Part shown: one piece after another, positions 49,801-63,006 of the stretch
How the letters are laid out: each line of letters begins with the position of its first letter
Numbering within the stretch: the stretch's first letter is position 1
NCBI GenBank assembly: GCA_964188305.1
Contig: OZ076885.1
DNA length: 64,000 bases
From: Podarcis bocagei
Lineage: Eukaryota
Strand: one strand, 5' to 3'
The notes under the pieces: generated by a model
What the model was told of the DNA's origin: nothing
Seen by the model: only the letters and a program-made list of their open reading frames with translations
Database searches by the model: none
Position numbers and translations under genes: made by a program

Positions 49801-51213
49801 TAATCCTATAACCTGATAATGGGCTAACTGGTCTTTTTGAAATATAGAAGAAGGAATTTCAAAAAGTCACCTCTGTGCTGAAATCAGCAATCCCCTGCTC
49901 TAGCCTAGGGAAATTTTCATATTCTTGGTGACATAAGGCCTAATTCTTCTTGCCCTAGGACAAATCCATTGGATCAAATGGCACTACTCCCGATTTACAT
50001 ACCTCCGAGATACAAATGCACCATCTTTAATTTTATTACCCCATTTAACAGCAGTTACAAATGAAGGAGGAATACAGTCTGTTAACAGAAGGGCTGAGCT
50101 AAGTGTAGGTAGCGGATTTTAGTATAGCGTTCTGCATAAAAGAAATACTGTAGCCACCACCGCCTACAAAACCAAAAACTCTTGTAACTGCCCTTGTCTT
50201 TCCCTGGACTATAAGAGGGAAATGGAAATAGTTATTCAAGGTAGAAATAGCTTCTAAGCATAGAGGAAGAGCAAATGCTTCCCTGTGTAGCTACTTACTG
50301 TGGCCATTTGTATCTTTAATACACAGAACTTCCTGCAACATAACGCTGGCCAGTATTCATTCCAATTCTTCATTCCTCCCATTACCCCATTCGTAAGTAT
50401 TAGTTCTCACAAAGAGCAGATAATATGATAGTAAACCTGTTCCCAGGATCAAGGTGCTGGTGGGGGCCATTTTTTTTTTATGGAATACTTCCCCATACAA
50501 TCAAAAAACCAGCACAGGAAACTGGAAGTGAGGGGGGAAAGTTCTAGTACAGCATTCCTCCCTCACATTCTAGTTTCCTATGTATGGAGGAATATTTTTT
50601 TCTATTTTGGAGTATTTTAGTGATATGAGCCTCACACCTGTAGTCTGAAATGATGCTATCCAGGCACAGGTTGGATTACCTCACCTGTGCTTGTTGAGAA
50701 ATGAGACCAGCTCCCAACATTTTTCACAGGCTCTTTCTCACCCATTACAGTTCTGTTCCCTTCCCTATCAAACTGACAAACCCCATCCAGTTTTAACCCT
50801 CCAATAAGTCTCCTCACTTCTGAGCCTTTTCCCTTGCACATACATCTTTCGCAAGGTTGGCTGTTAGCGGTTTCAAGTAGCAGCTGATACACAGGTTCTG
50901 CACTCGCCAAAGAACAAGCCCTCCTCCGTGGACGCAATTTACGGCGAGTCGCGTGGTGCATTTTGGCTTTTAGTTCTCCCTAAAAGCATTTTCTGGAAAC
51001 AGAAATGATGGACCCTGAGAGTCCACCCACAATGGAATTGGGTCCATGAAACTTTGAGAGTGCAACGCATGCTGCTACTTGGTTTATTGTTGCTCCAACG
51101 CTTTGCCTGTTGTCTTCTTCCTGTGCCTTTTCCTTTCTGATCGCACCCACCCACCCCGCTCCAGAAGAAAACAAGATTCCTGAAATCTGGAAAGGAAACA
51201 GAGGGTGTGCTAA

Positions 51214-51247
51214 TGACTCAGTAGGAGGCACTCTCTCCTCTGAGTCA
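51214..51247. promoter_or_regulatory. inverted pair of AP-1 sites
   Basis: TGACTCA (51214-51220) and TGAGTCA (51241-51247); third site at 51432-51438. Confidence 0.4.
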
Positions 51248-54200
51248 ATCCTATTCCAGAAGGAGCTACATAGCATTTGAAGGGTGCTGTGCAGCTGCAG
51301 GTGCTGCCTTTCCTGTGCACTGTATAATTAAGGCCTTTTGGGTTACTATAGATACCTTAGTCTTTTTTGCAGTAGTAAGTGTGCCTAGCAAAGCTCAAAC
51401 TGGTGTAATTATCTGGCGTTTTCGTCCTTGATGACTCAAAGGGCCACACTCTTCTTATTCACTTTCTATCCTAAACTCTGGTGGAAGGGGGCTAGGATGT
51501 CATCTTAAATAGTTTTCTTGGGATGACTTTAATGCAGCAGTTCAGTTAAATATTGTCTGGATGAGCATCATGTGACCTTGCAGTCTCATGTGCAATTCTA
51601 GCTATAAGCCATGTTTGATGACCACCAGAAATACCTGAGGGTGGCCTTACATTGAGCAGACCGGAGGAGAGGGCATGTGAGTTGGTGTACATCATAAAGT
51701 TGGCATTATGCGCATTAAAGAGCTACTTCCTGGCTTTGGGGACCAATCAAAAAGAACAATCAAGATGCTACAGTTCTGTACATGCTTGCTTGGGAATATG
51801 TCCCACGTGAAGATGAGACATAACCACTGAGTTAAAGTCAACCTATTGGTGAATTATTATTCCTGGCAGATTTAGCCGTCACAATGCACTTCCTGATTGC
51901 AAGCAGTGGGGAAAGAGAACCACAAAACTGGCAAACTTGCTGTTGCTAATAGTTGCTTGATCTAGCTAAATAAGTCATTATTTCTTGGTTATAGTTTAAC
52001 TTGACAGCTACTTTCTTCCTTAATTCCTGGTGGTACAGAACAAATGGCACAACTCGATATGGAAGTTTATCTGTTAACATGATGCCAAATTTTGAGGTAA
52101 ACTAAATTATTAGGTTTTTTTAAAAAAAGATTTTTGTTTTGTTTTGCTGGAGGGACATATTTGAAAAGGTGTGCTGATAAAATTAAAAGTAATTCGAAGG
52201 CATGTCATGAAACGATCGAGGTGCAACATTGTCTTTTTGTCAGTGTCATTCTTGCACGCACAATTATTTTCTTTCACTCTCACCAACCTACCTCAAACAA
52301 AGCATCAGATTCTGAATTTCCTACACATTGGTACAAACCACTGGGGGGGGGGCAGAAGGAAAGGAGGACTGGCTACCTACCACTAAGTAAAATACAACTG
52401 CAAAGAGGAAATAAAAAAATACAAATGGATCAAATATAAGGAAATGTTGGTTAAAATATCCCATAAATAATACTTTCAGAGTTAAAATTACTCTGAGAAT
52501 AGAACTAAGGCGGGGTTTCAATGAAGCATGCAGTCTTGATTGAAATGGCGTAGGGGCGACTTTTTCCACTTCTGTGTGTCTCTCTCTCTCACTCTCTGCG
52601 TGTATTTATTTTAATGTAAAACTACATTGATCATAGTTTTGATTATGAACCTCACTTTTCCCCAAAAGAGCAATGACAGCGATCTTTAATGTAATAATTT
52701 ATTTTATTTTTTTGCTGAATGCCTTGGGCTCCTTTCCCCTTTCTTTCTTTCTTTCTTCCCTTCATTCCACCAACTGAAACAGAGACAATTCTTTGTATGT
52801 TGAAACGTGCAATTATCATGTATCCAAAAAGGAGGGTGTAATTTTCACATCTGATTACAAGGGAAGAGTGTAAGAGAAGCTGCCTCGGTAAACATACACT
52901 TGTTTACAGAGCAATACCCTTGATATTAAAATCTTCAAAAAAACACATGAACCACTGAAGTGGGGGGGGGGGGGCAAGATTGCCATGCGGCAAAGCAAAA
53001 ACTAAGCATTTCTCTTGGCGTGGCTACAAATGGAGAAGTCAAGTCTTCTGAACTTGAACATGCCTACTTACTTCAGATGAATGCTAGGAAGATATGCAGC
53101 CCAATTTTATTTGCGGTTACTCAGAGTTTAAGTCCCACTGCATTAAATGGAACTACTATGTAAGTGTACACAGGATCATAGCCTTGCAGCATGTTCTTTT
53201 TGCACGGTGAGCTAAGGAGTTTATGCTGTTTTTTAAACCTGCTAATAATTCTAAGTAAGTATGTGAAATGCTTTGGCTACTTAAACACCTATTTGCTCAG
53301 TTTAAACTGAAGAACCCAAGTCCTTTGTAAACCCACGTCCTTTTCTTTTAAAATTGTGTGTTTTTTCTGTCACTTTTTATTTTTTACTCTTCCCCATCCC
53401 CCCCCCAGCCGCCTCATGTCTTCATTTTTGGTGTGTGCTGATTTACCTTTGATAAGATGAGCTTCTGAGTATAAGAAATTATTTTTGTTGTCATGTAGGA
53501 AGAGATGCTATCTTGGAAAACACAGTGCAGTTTACAGATTGCTTAGTAAGGAGATCAGAGATAGTGGGAAGAGAGATCGCACAACAGGTAAGGTTAGAAA
53601 ACATGCCCCGAAGCTGAAAGTGATACAAGCAGCCTTTTAAAATGATATAATAAAAAACAATTGCCGTGGTGCAATTGTGGGCATTTTAGAAAGCACTTTC
53701 TAAACTACCTTGTGAGGACCGATACTGGAAATTAAAGCACAGCAACCCCATTCTTAAGCAGGAACAAAAAGGAAAATATAGACAGGCCTGGATTTCTTAG
53801 GGAAGGAAAGGGACCTCATGCATTGCATAAACAAAATGATTATTTTATAAGGCTAAAGGCATCCGGTGTGAAATTTTTTAAATATATGGAAGAATTGATT
53901 TTATCTGGGCATGAAGACTAGTTTAAGCCAAGGAGAACTTGAAACACTGTTGTTATTGGGATGGGGAATCAAGGGGAAAGCAATGGTTCCTTTAGACTAG
54001 TTGTTCTCTTCAAATGTTCTCTTCTTTGAAAACCTACCTTGTGGTCCACTTTTTCCATAAAACAACGTTCCTGGTTCAGAAATCTGCTTGCCAACAGTGG
54101 TTTGATTTGGGATCAGATTTTATTGGGCAACCCTGAGAAGAGTAGCCTGGTTATTTAAAAAGAGAAAAGTATTGTCTAATATCCACTTGTAATCACAATT

Positions 54201-54535
54201 ACTGTCCAAGTATTTGTGGTGTCTTCAGAGGTCTATGTGAAGTCAGAGGCAGTCTGTACTTTCCAACCTGTTTGCTCTGCAGTTTGTTCTGCATGCTTCC
54301 ACTGAACTGTAGCAGAACTGCTGCCATAGCTAGTACCACTGTATCACCGAAGAGACAAATCTATTGTAATAGTGACTTCATAGCCCACTTCAGCAGAGTT
54401 ATGAAAGGGTCTAAGAAGATTGTATGATGGGTATATGTGCCCATGTACCTCTCTATTTAGTGCAGGTGGTTTTATCCATACAACTAGTTTTAGTATTCCT
54501 GAAAATGCCTTCCTTAAGACATCCATAATCTTATA

Positions 54536-54777
54536 CAGTGGTACCTCGGGTTACATACGCTTCAGGTTACATGCGCTTCAGGTTACAGACTCCGCCAATC
54601 CAAAAATAGTGCTTCAGGTTAAGAACTTTGCTTCAGGATGAGAACAGAAATCGTGCTCTGGTGGCACGGCGGCAGCAGGAGGCCCCATTAGCTAAGGTGG
54701 TGCTTCAGGTTAAGAACAGTTTCAGGTTAAGTACGGACTTCCGGAACGAATTAAGTACTTAACCTGAGGTACCACTG
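54536..54777. mobile_element. Tc1/mariner (Tigger-like) MITE (family of 8416/9862)
   Basis: TA|CAGTGGTACCTCGGGTTA...TAACCTGAGGTACCACTG|TA. Confidence 0.95.
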
Positions 54778-57685
54778 TATTAGGGGAAGTCTGTTTTGTG
54801 ATAGGAGGGCTTCAACAAGTTTCCAGGATTAAAGTTTTTTTGGCTTTTCCACATACGCAGAAAACCTGATTTTTATTTACATGAAAAGGACTCAAAAAGC
54901 TAAAAATTGCAACACCCCCTTCCCCCTTCTTTATATGTGAACTGGGCAGGCAGGTGAATGACCAACATGTCTCCCTGTGTCATGTGCAGTTTGGTCCTTA
55001 GTTTATAGGAGAAAGGCAGCCTCAAGCTCTTAACACAGCAGCCTGTTTCTCTAACTGTGTGGCACTATCATTAGTTAGGCATTGGCGTCTTCACAGTTGA
55101 AACACTAGTAGCCAGACAGAACCAACTCATATAAATATGGGCTGACTGTCAAATAAAATGGGCCATAACCCTTAAATGAAATTCTGTACATTATTATGTA
55201 TGTCAGTGGAAGAAGTCACTGCATAGAATATGGTGCATTGGTGTTAGGATTGTGTGGGTGTATTTGGTGTCTAGTGCAATTCTCTCCACCCCCCCACCCC
55301 CCGCATAGCCTCAACGTATTTAAAACAATGAATTAATATATCTTCAGCACCCCAATCAATGCTGAGAATGCACTTTCATTTTTCACAGAGTTGTTAGAGT
55401 ACATTTGCTTATATTTTGCACTATTTTAATTTAACCATATTGATCAAAATAAGCACTCAATACAACCTTAGGCACCTAAGCCTTATTAAAATTAGTCAAC
55501 TTGAAGCAAGTGACCTGAGGAAGAAAATTGCTCAGGGATTTTATATGCAGAGAACCCAACTTACATAAATACCTGTTAATGAAATAAATCTCTTAAGTGA
55601 ATACGTTTTCTTTAGACTGAACTTGAACACACAGGAAATGCCCGTGAGGCCCTTTAGGTGACAAGCTCATGTGTGAATATGCAAGTTTTAAAAGTCCATT
55701 TTTATCACTAATCACAAGCCTGCTTTGTGTTTTCCCTCCTGTTATTAGAATTAAGAAAGACTGCACCTGTTACTGTTGTGAGATCCTCTGTTGCTAAACT
55801 GTTGAAACTGCACATACAATTATATCCAGTTGCATATCATATAATTTGTCTATATAATATACTGGGGGAATATTACAATGGTTCTTCTGGTAACTCGCCC
55901 GCTCATTTTGTCCCTGTGCAAATTAGTTAGGCCGCACTCCTAGCACTTGCATAAGAGAAACGGGGCGGGGGGGGGGCAGAGAGAGATAAATAAAATAAAA
56001 TCCAAGGCTTCCCCCCCCCTCCAGACTAGTTTATGCTCTAACAAATAATATGTTTTCCTGCTACAAAAGTTGCCACATTTCTTCAGCTGGGTTGAGAGGC
56101 ATAATTAAAACACAAGCTCTCAGGGCTGGCTTTAACAGTGATTTGCAATACACCCCTTTTGACACATTCTAGTTCAAAAATATTGTTTTCAGAAACATTG
56201 CTGTTTCTTGAAGGGGGGGTTTGCTGAAGTGATGCTATACAGCATTTTAAACTGATTAATCCTGTCTTTCCTCAGAGGACTTGACCTGCGATGATGTTTT
56301 ATTTTAGTCGAAATGGGACGAGGTGGAGGAGATACAGGATGTAGCCAAGGATAGACGTCTTACTGCAATACCTTTTAATGAACTGAGCCAAAAATGAACG
56401 GTATGATCTTTAGAGATTTCCTCCAACCTGTTTATCAGAGACTGCCTATAGAGATATCTGTGTACTTATTCTCTCACCCCACCGCCTTGCTCTGCCTCCT
56501 TCTCCAGCCTTGTAAAGGATATTAACTCGTTGCCTAAACAAAATCCCAAATGTGAGTCAGGTCTTGTGGCAGTAGCACAACTGCTGTGGTATTGCTGGCC
56601 AGAATTCACCCCAGTAAAACGCCAATGTTATGCTTGCTCTTTTAGAATTCACGAGAAACACACGCATCCACTGAATCTCCAACTCCAACTTTATTTCATT
56701 TATAAATTACGAGAACGATGCGATTATATATTATTAATTTCTGCTGTTCTCCAACTCGGCTGCAGCAGTGAGCTGCGGATGTTGGAACGCTGTAATTATG
56801 TTCTAGTAGGGCAGCCATCCGTTTCCTTTCAAAAATTTACAGGATTCTTAATCATGCTGCTCATTTGGGTGCGCAATAGCGAGGATAGCGAAACACAAAC
56901 ATGGCACGTTCGTTTACACAGGAACACCTGCTTAGCGTGATAGCAGATGTCAGTCAGCAAGAGGAACACAAAAGGGGGAAAAAATACCAACAACAGCAAA
57001 CTCAGAACCATTTTCAAACCAGCGCGGTGAAATCTCCCCAGCAAAAATATAAATGGCTGGGCATTCATTTTACAAATGAAGGAAGCCAGGGCGCCAATGT
57101 GTTGGAAAGTCTCACTTGACTCACTTGAAGACTGAGTTGACTGCAAGACACTCATTTGGAATGTGCAAAATAGCTTGCACCAAATCTATGCTTTGGGGTT
57201 TGGAAACCCATCATTTGGGATTCAGTACTAGACATGTATTAGAAGAAGCAAGCATATAGTGCATAGGGCATAGAGATGTATAGCTACATGTATGGTGGTA
57301 CAACATGCATCACCATTGCTTTATAAGTATGAACAACTGGTGGTATATGCTTTCTGAACTTTATATGCAAGTAGATAATGGGCGTTGGGCTGGAACTTTG
57401 CTTCAGTTCAAAGTTAAAATAATTTTTTGAAATATATTTTATAAAAGCCAAAATGAAATTACCAGCTGGGAAGAATGGGAGTGTCATGTTTTAAAGTTCT
57501 GTGCTTCTATTTTTATGTGGCAACAGGTTGCTTTGTGAAGTACAGCTCCCCCACCCCCGTATTTAGGACTTAGGGTGCATTATTTTTGCAGGTGGGTATT
57601 GACATACTCTCTGAACACAATTTGCAGTTAACTATTTTTCCTAAGGATTGTTAGAATTCAGAGTGAGTCAACTTACGTAGGTCTG

Positions 57686-57930
57686 TGCATTAAAGACTCC
57701 CTAAGTATGCATTGACTTGATACCCAGTAATGGCTTCTAAGGAGCTGTTATGTAGTATCGTGTCAATGATCCATGCATTGAGGACTCCCTAAGTACGCAT
57801 TGACACGATAGACCGTAACAGCTCTGAAGAAGCCGTTACGGTCTATCATGACAATGATCTGCAGATATTGGCAGCGCCTCTTGCTCTTTCATAAAGATTG
57901 TAAAAGTCTCTGAAGAAGCTGTTACGATCA
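57686..57930. repeat. tandem 88-bp units each containing a 59-nt hairpin, plus a partial third copy
   Basis: Units start tgcatt..gactccctaagta at 57686 and 57774; hairpins at 57710-57768 and 57798-57856. Confidence 0.9.
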
Positions 57931-59247
57931 TGCTGCAAGACTCATCAATCAGATCAATGACAGAGTTTTGCTCTTCCATTTATCTTTGCAGTGCTGTGTT
58001 TTCTTTTTAAGATTGTAGTACCACAGAGGTCAACATACTTAAACATAGCACCTGCCGATGGAGTGGCTTTAGATGTCTGCAGATATGTAGAGTAGAGCAG
58101 AAAACTACTATTCTTACAATAGAGTCCTATGCGTGTTTTATTGGGAGTGAGTTTATATGGCTGGATTTGAACTGTGGCTTAATCCAAGACCAGCCTTTGT
58201 ATTTCAGACTAAACTTTTAACACAGAGGATAATATTCATGAGGGTCTTCAGGTGACAATTTCAGCTGTCAATATGCCAGATTAGAAGATCCACATTTCTT
58301 GTTCAATACAAGTCCAGATGAGTTGGTACTCTTATTTCTCAACCTGCTTATGCAAAATATTGTAAAGGTTTTATTAAACAAAATATCTATGAAATTGAAG
58401 AAAAAGAATTACTATTGAAAGGTTTGCCTCCTATGAGAAGGTGTATTTCTTTCCCTCCTTCGTGCCTGAGTATAAAACGACAATGTAAACCTTGCAAATA
58501 TTGCAGTTATATTGTTGTATGGGACAGTATACAAGATATATACACAAGATCAAGATGAACTTTAGAGGCCTTTCCTCTGAATTTCTTGGCATTTTATGGG
58601 TTTGTAACAGAATTGCAGCATTATTTTGATTCCGCACCCCAACACAAACACAAACACACTGTGTGTTTCACATTATATATAAATGTTTGTGTTTGACGAA
58701 ATGTCATCCTTGTTTTCTGAGCTGCTACAGATTCCTATGAAAACATTATGAGTCTCGCCTTTTTGTGGCATCTTTGGCTGATGAAGATGAGAGGAAATGG
58801 GTTGGAATGTTCTTTTGGGAAAGAAAGCTCTCAGAATGAAGTTGGACTTTATACATGCTCTAGGACTATAAAAGAATAATTAGATACTCTGCAAGATGTT
58901 AGCTTCTGAGAAAATTCAGATGCTTTATGTACAATTTGAGGGCATAGTTTTTAATTAATTCTTCAGCAGTGGTGTAGCTGTCCTACGTGGCACCTTTATT
59001 TTACATACTATTTATGATGCATTATCTTTTGCTCTGTTTATCGACATTGCACAGCCTGTCAACTGTCAAAATAGCTCTTTCCCCAATTTAGAATCAAAAG
59101 TGAAACATCCTTCAGCAAGCTATGGCCAAGGAGGGAAAGGAAACCTGAAAGAACTGTGTGCAGAATCATGAACGTCTTGAGATGTCCAAGAATGGGACTG
59201 TGAGCTGGAATTTGCCGTTGGAATTCTGGATAGGATGTGTAGGAGAA

Positions 59248-59438
59248 AGGTCATAGGTCAATAGTAGAGCACACGTGTTACATGCAAAATATTCAGACTC
59301 AATCAGTGGCATCTCTAGGTAGGCCTACCGAGGACTCCTGCCTGAAACTGTGGAGAGCTGCTTCCACTCAATGTCAACAATACTGAGCTAAATGCATCAA
59401 CAATCTGATTTGGTTTAAAGCCACTTCTTGTGTTTCCC
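59248..59438 (+). mobile_element. decayed tRNA-derived SINE with CR1-like tail (Squam2-like)
   Basis: ggtcataggtcaatagtagagca head; ...cctgaaactgtggagagctgc...caatactgagctaaatg... tail. Confidence 0.7.
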
Positions 59439-60534
59439 AAGAGGAAAGGGAACCATTCTGAACACAAATAACTGGGGACCAAGGGCAAAAAAGGATGAAA
59501 TATGGAGAAAAACTTCCAGCTAAGCAACTAACATTGTGTTACTCATTTCATACTAAGTGGATTCCGGAAATGCATGACAAGACAGTAACGAGGTGGTGCT
59601 GTGGTGGTAAAATGGGTTATGCAAAAAACAAAGCAGTCATTATCATCCACTGTCTGCTTGCCATCATCCTACGCATTGCAAACCAATCTTTTCGTGGGTT
59701 AGGCCAATTAAACTACTGAGGTGGAAGTTTCCAAAAGCAGTAGCACACTTGTTTCTAAGGAAGCAACTGCAGAAATAAAGAAGCACCTGAGATAAGAACT
59801 TCCAGAAAGTACCTCTAGTTGTGATTTACCTTCGCTGACCCCCCCCCAGCACTGCCCATTAGATGCTTAGGGAGGCGGGGTCTAGTTTGCAAAAGGCTAT
59901 AAAACATTAATGGATACTAGGCAAACCCAAAGAATTACAGAGTATGCACACTTGGAATTAAGTCCTACTGAGTTCAACAGGCCTTATTCCCAAGTCAAAG
60001 TATGTAGGATTGCAGCCAAATTAATTTATCTCTATAGGAATAATCCATAATAACATGGTAAGAAACAACAAAACAGAATTGAGCAGAAACACAGAACATT
60101 TTCCATAATTACTAATATGTAATTTGAATCAAGAATCTTTAGTGGCACTAATGACATTTTCTCTTTCCAGTGTAAAACATTCAGTAGGTTGTATGCAACT
60201 GTGTGATGGAAGAAGCTTCCATCAGCAGAAGGGAGAAACCATTCCCCAATTCCCTCTATAGCCCTCTATACCACCCCAAATCTGCCCCAGTGTTGAGGTA
60301 CCTTTGGGAACAGGTAGAGAACTGCAGAGGAAGTAGAATCACCCTAAATTTCCTTCATTGGTGTTCCCAGCTTTGGACACCTCTTCTGGATCAAAAAGCC
60401 TTCAGAGAACTTCCAGGAACTCAGAGAAGTTCCATCCAGCCCACTCATGTCTACTTGGACCTGCAACAATTCTCCAGGGTCTCTGTCTTTCACATCACAT
60501 GCTACCTGATCCTTGTGTTACTTTTTTCATTGTT

Positions 60535-60625
60535 GTTCATTATTATGTTGTGTATTTTTGTGGTTTTATACCGCCCTGTGATCCTCAGATAGTGGGCGGT
60601 CTATAGATTTAATAAATAAATAATA
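60535..60625 (+). mobile_element. L2-type 3' tail
   Basis: ccgccctgtgatcctcagatagtgggcggt stem-loop followed by (AATA)n. Confidence 0.65.
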
Positions 60626-61189
60626 TACACATAATTGAACCATGGAGCTTCTGGGTGCAATGAACATGATCCAACGAAAAGAGGAATGATCACTTCCACC
60701 ACTTTTAAGTTGTTTCATGATCTACCTGAAGCTTGAATATTTAACACAGAGCACAGCACAATGCTCAACAGGTTCCAGTAAGTGCCTATGTTCCTTGACT
60801 CAACTTTACAAAGGAGTGGAGAAATTAATGGATGTCTGGGCCTATCATTTGCTTTTTTCTGTTTTGCTTAATAGCTGCACCTCTAATACCTAGTAATTAA
60901 AGGCAGTATACTTCTAATTACCAGATGTTGGGAGGGGAGGGGTCAAAGAATAAAGGTTGGTCTCCTCCTTCACAGGGGCAACTGGTAAACAGCTGCTAGA
61001 GTTACGTTGCAGGACTATTTCCATCTTTGGATTCATCAAAGCAACTCTTATTTATGTTAAATATGCTATAAGCAGAACCCTGATGGGAGTCAGAGTCCGA
61101 CAAGTGTCCATGTCCTACTGGAATGTGGTGAAATGATCTGAGGTGAATCTGCTTTCAGATCCTACACGTCAAGCAGAAAGTGATGGAAC

Positions 61190-61281
61190 TCTCTGAGACG
61201 CTTCTCTGCCAATCAGAGAAGACAATGCTGGGCTGGATGGACAAATAAGAGCTTGTTATAAGGCAGCTTCCTATGCTCCTA
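61190..61281 (+). mobile_element. CR1/Squam2-like 3' tail fragment
   Basis: gacaatgctgggctggatggac...tataaggcagcttcctatgctccta. Confidence 0.7.
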
Positions 61282-63006
61282 TTCTCATAAACAGAGGAAC
61301 ATAAAAGAATGAAAACACTCGTTGTGGCTTTACAACATCAAATTTCAGAGTGATGTGAGTGGAACTCATGTGCGTGTGTCTTTTGAAAAGTATATGCCAG
61401 GGCCGGGATTTCAAAGGTGGAATTGATGTCAGGAAATTTCCGTAAGGCTGTGCTTTCTCCTGGATCTTAGACAAGTAAATCAAAAAATCACGTTTTTGGA
61501 TGTTTTTGTAAAAAAAAATAAACCTCAACAACTTCCGGGTGTTGCTTTAAAAAGCTCAACTTTTGGGGTGCCCTGGTCCTCAGCTGGGCATCAAGAGCAT
61601 CGAGGTCAAGATATACCCCAAATCTTGAGCTAACACTGAACCTCAGCACATTCAACCCCAACCCATTTTAATCCACTCTTGAGTGTACTTAGAAGTCATG
61701 CTCTGTGATCTGAATGTATCTATCCCTTCCTAACATGCTAGGAAGACTTGGGGACTCTCTAGGATTCAGTTCTTGGAATACTGGAGGGTTAGGTGTGAGG
61801 GGGGGGAGAGAGAAGGGACCTGGCACCCTTATCCCCCTTCTATTATTCCTTCTATTATTCCCTATAACTGAACGTATGAGTATGGCTACTCGGTAGCAAG
61901 TGGTAGGTTCAATGGAGGACTGATCAATACAGCCCAAATTCGAGCAGCAGCACACATGTGACTCTTGCCCTAGTTCAATAGTCCTGTACATCATTACCAC
62001 ATTCTTTGCTCTTACGACATCATTGGTTCTGTGGCTGAGCCAAAGCCCTGGTAAGCACAGGCACAAATTAAACATTGCTCTTGGCTGCTGCTGGTTTCTA
62101 CAGGAGTTGCGCAGCGAGCTAAGCAGGCCACAGCCAGATGGGAACTACACCTAGATTCACCTTCCTCTCCATGCAGCAGCTGCCTGTCTCAAAGAGATCT
62201 CAGTTGTCTACATCTCAACACTCCCCACAACATATAAATGTGCCTCGTTTCCAAAGAAAGAAACAGTACCTTCAGATAACCAAAGGTCACTTAAGTTGAG
62301 ACAGAGCTTTGAATCATTCCGAATGCCCAGCTACAGATGCCTTTTAAAACAAGGGCAAACACCAGATATTGTTTAGATTTGGCTTCGGCCAGTCCTGACA
62401 GAGAATGCCTAATCTGTGATCTGTCAGGTATCTGATGCTGTGTAACTGAATCTAACAACCAGGGATAAAATCTTGGCTTTTAAAGTACAGGTATAGATTT
62501 CTCACAGCTTCTGAAATGTTTTCAATATTTGGCCTAGGAAGAGTTCTTATCTTCCTTTGTGGTGAGTTGCAAGCATTGCAGTATCAAGGAAGTTTACCAA
62601 TCTTACAAGAGACCTAAGGTTGCAATCCTGGCTCCTTTGTAAATGTGCACCCGCTTCAGAAACACATCTTTTGTTTCCAAAAGAAAAAACGACGAAATTA
62701 CTGTGTTCTCTCTCCCCCTCCTCTCTTTTCTCTCTCGACAATGCAGAAGCAATCCTTGAATAGGTGCAAAATCTCTGAGAAAAGTACATTTTCCAAATAT
62801 TCTAAGCCTTTTAAAAAGAGGTACACAATGCAGGAAGACGCAGCTGCAATTTTGAGGGTGGGGGAAGCGGGGAGGCCACTGTTCCTTTAATGCCCAGCTG
62901 GTCCTGAGATGTAATAAAATTGACATATTGATTCCTTTGAATTTACAAATGCCTGTTTCATAAACTCCATCTCCAAAGCCTAGGCATCTTTAGAGCACTG
63001 TCATTT

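Noticed and set aside
54333-54343. Orphan GTACCACTGTA matching a Tigger-MITE end
   Set aside because: Only 11 bp with no partner TIR; chance or an unresolvable remnant.
57798-57820. Resemblance of the hairpin arm (attgacacgat) to miR-425-5p
   Set aside because: Short partial match recalled from memory; the seed differs and the rest does not align.
57686-57930. CRISPR-like repeat-spacer interpretation
   Set aside because: Eukaryotic context, whole units are homologous with no unique spacers, and there are no cas genes.
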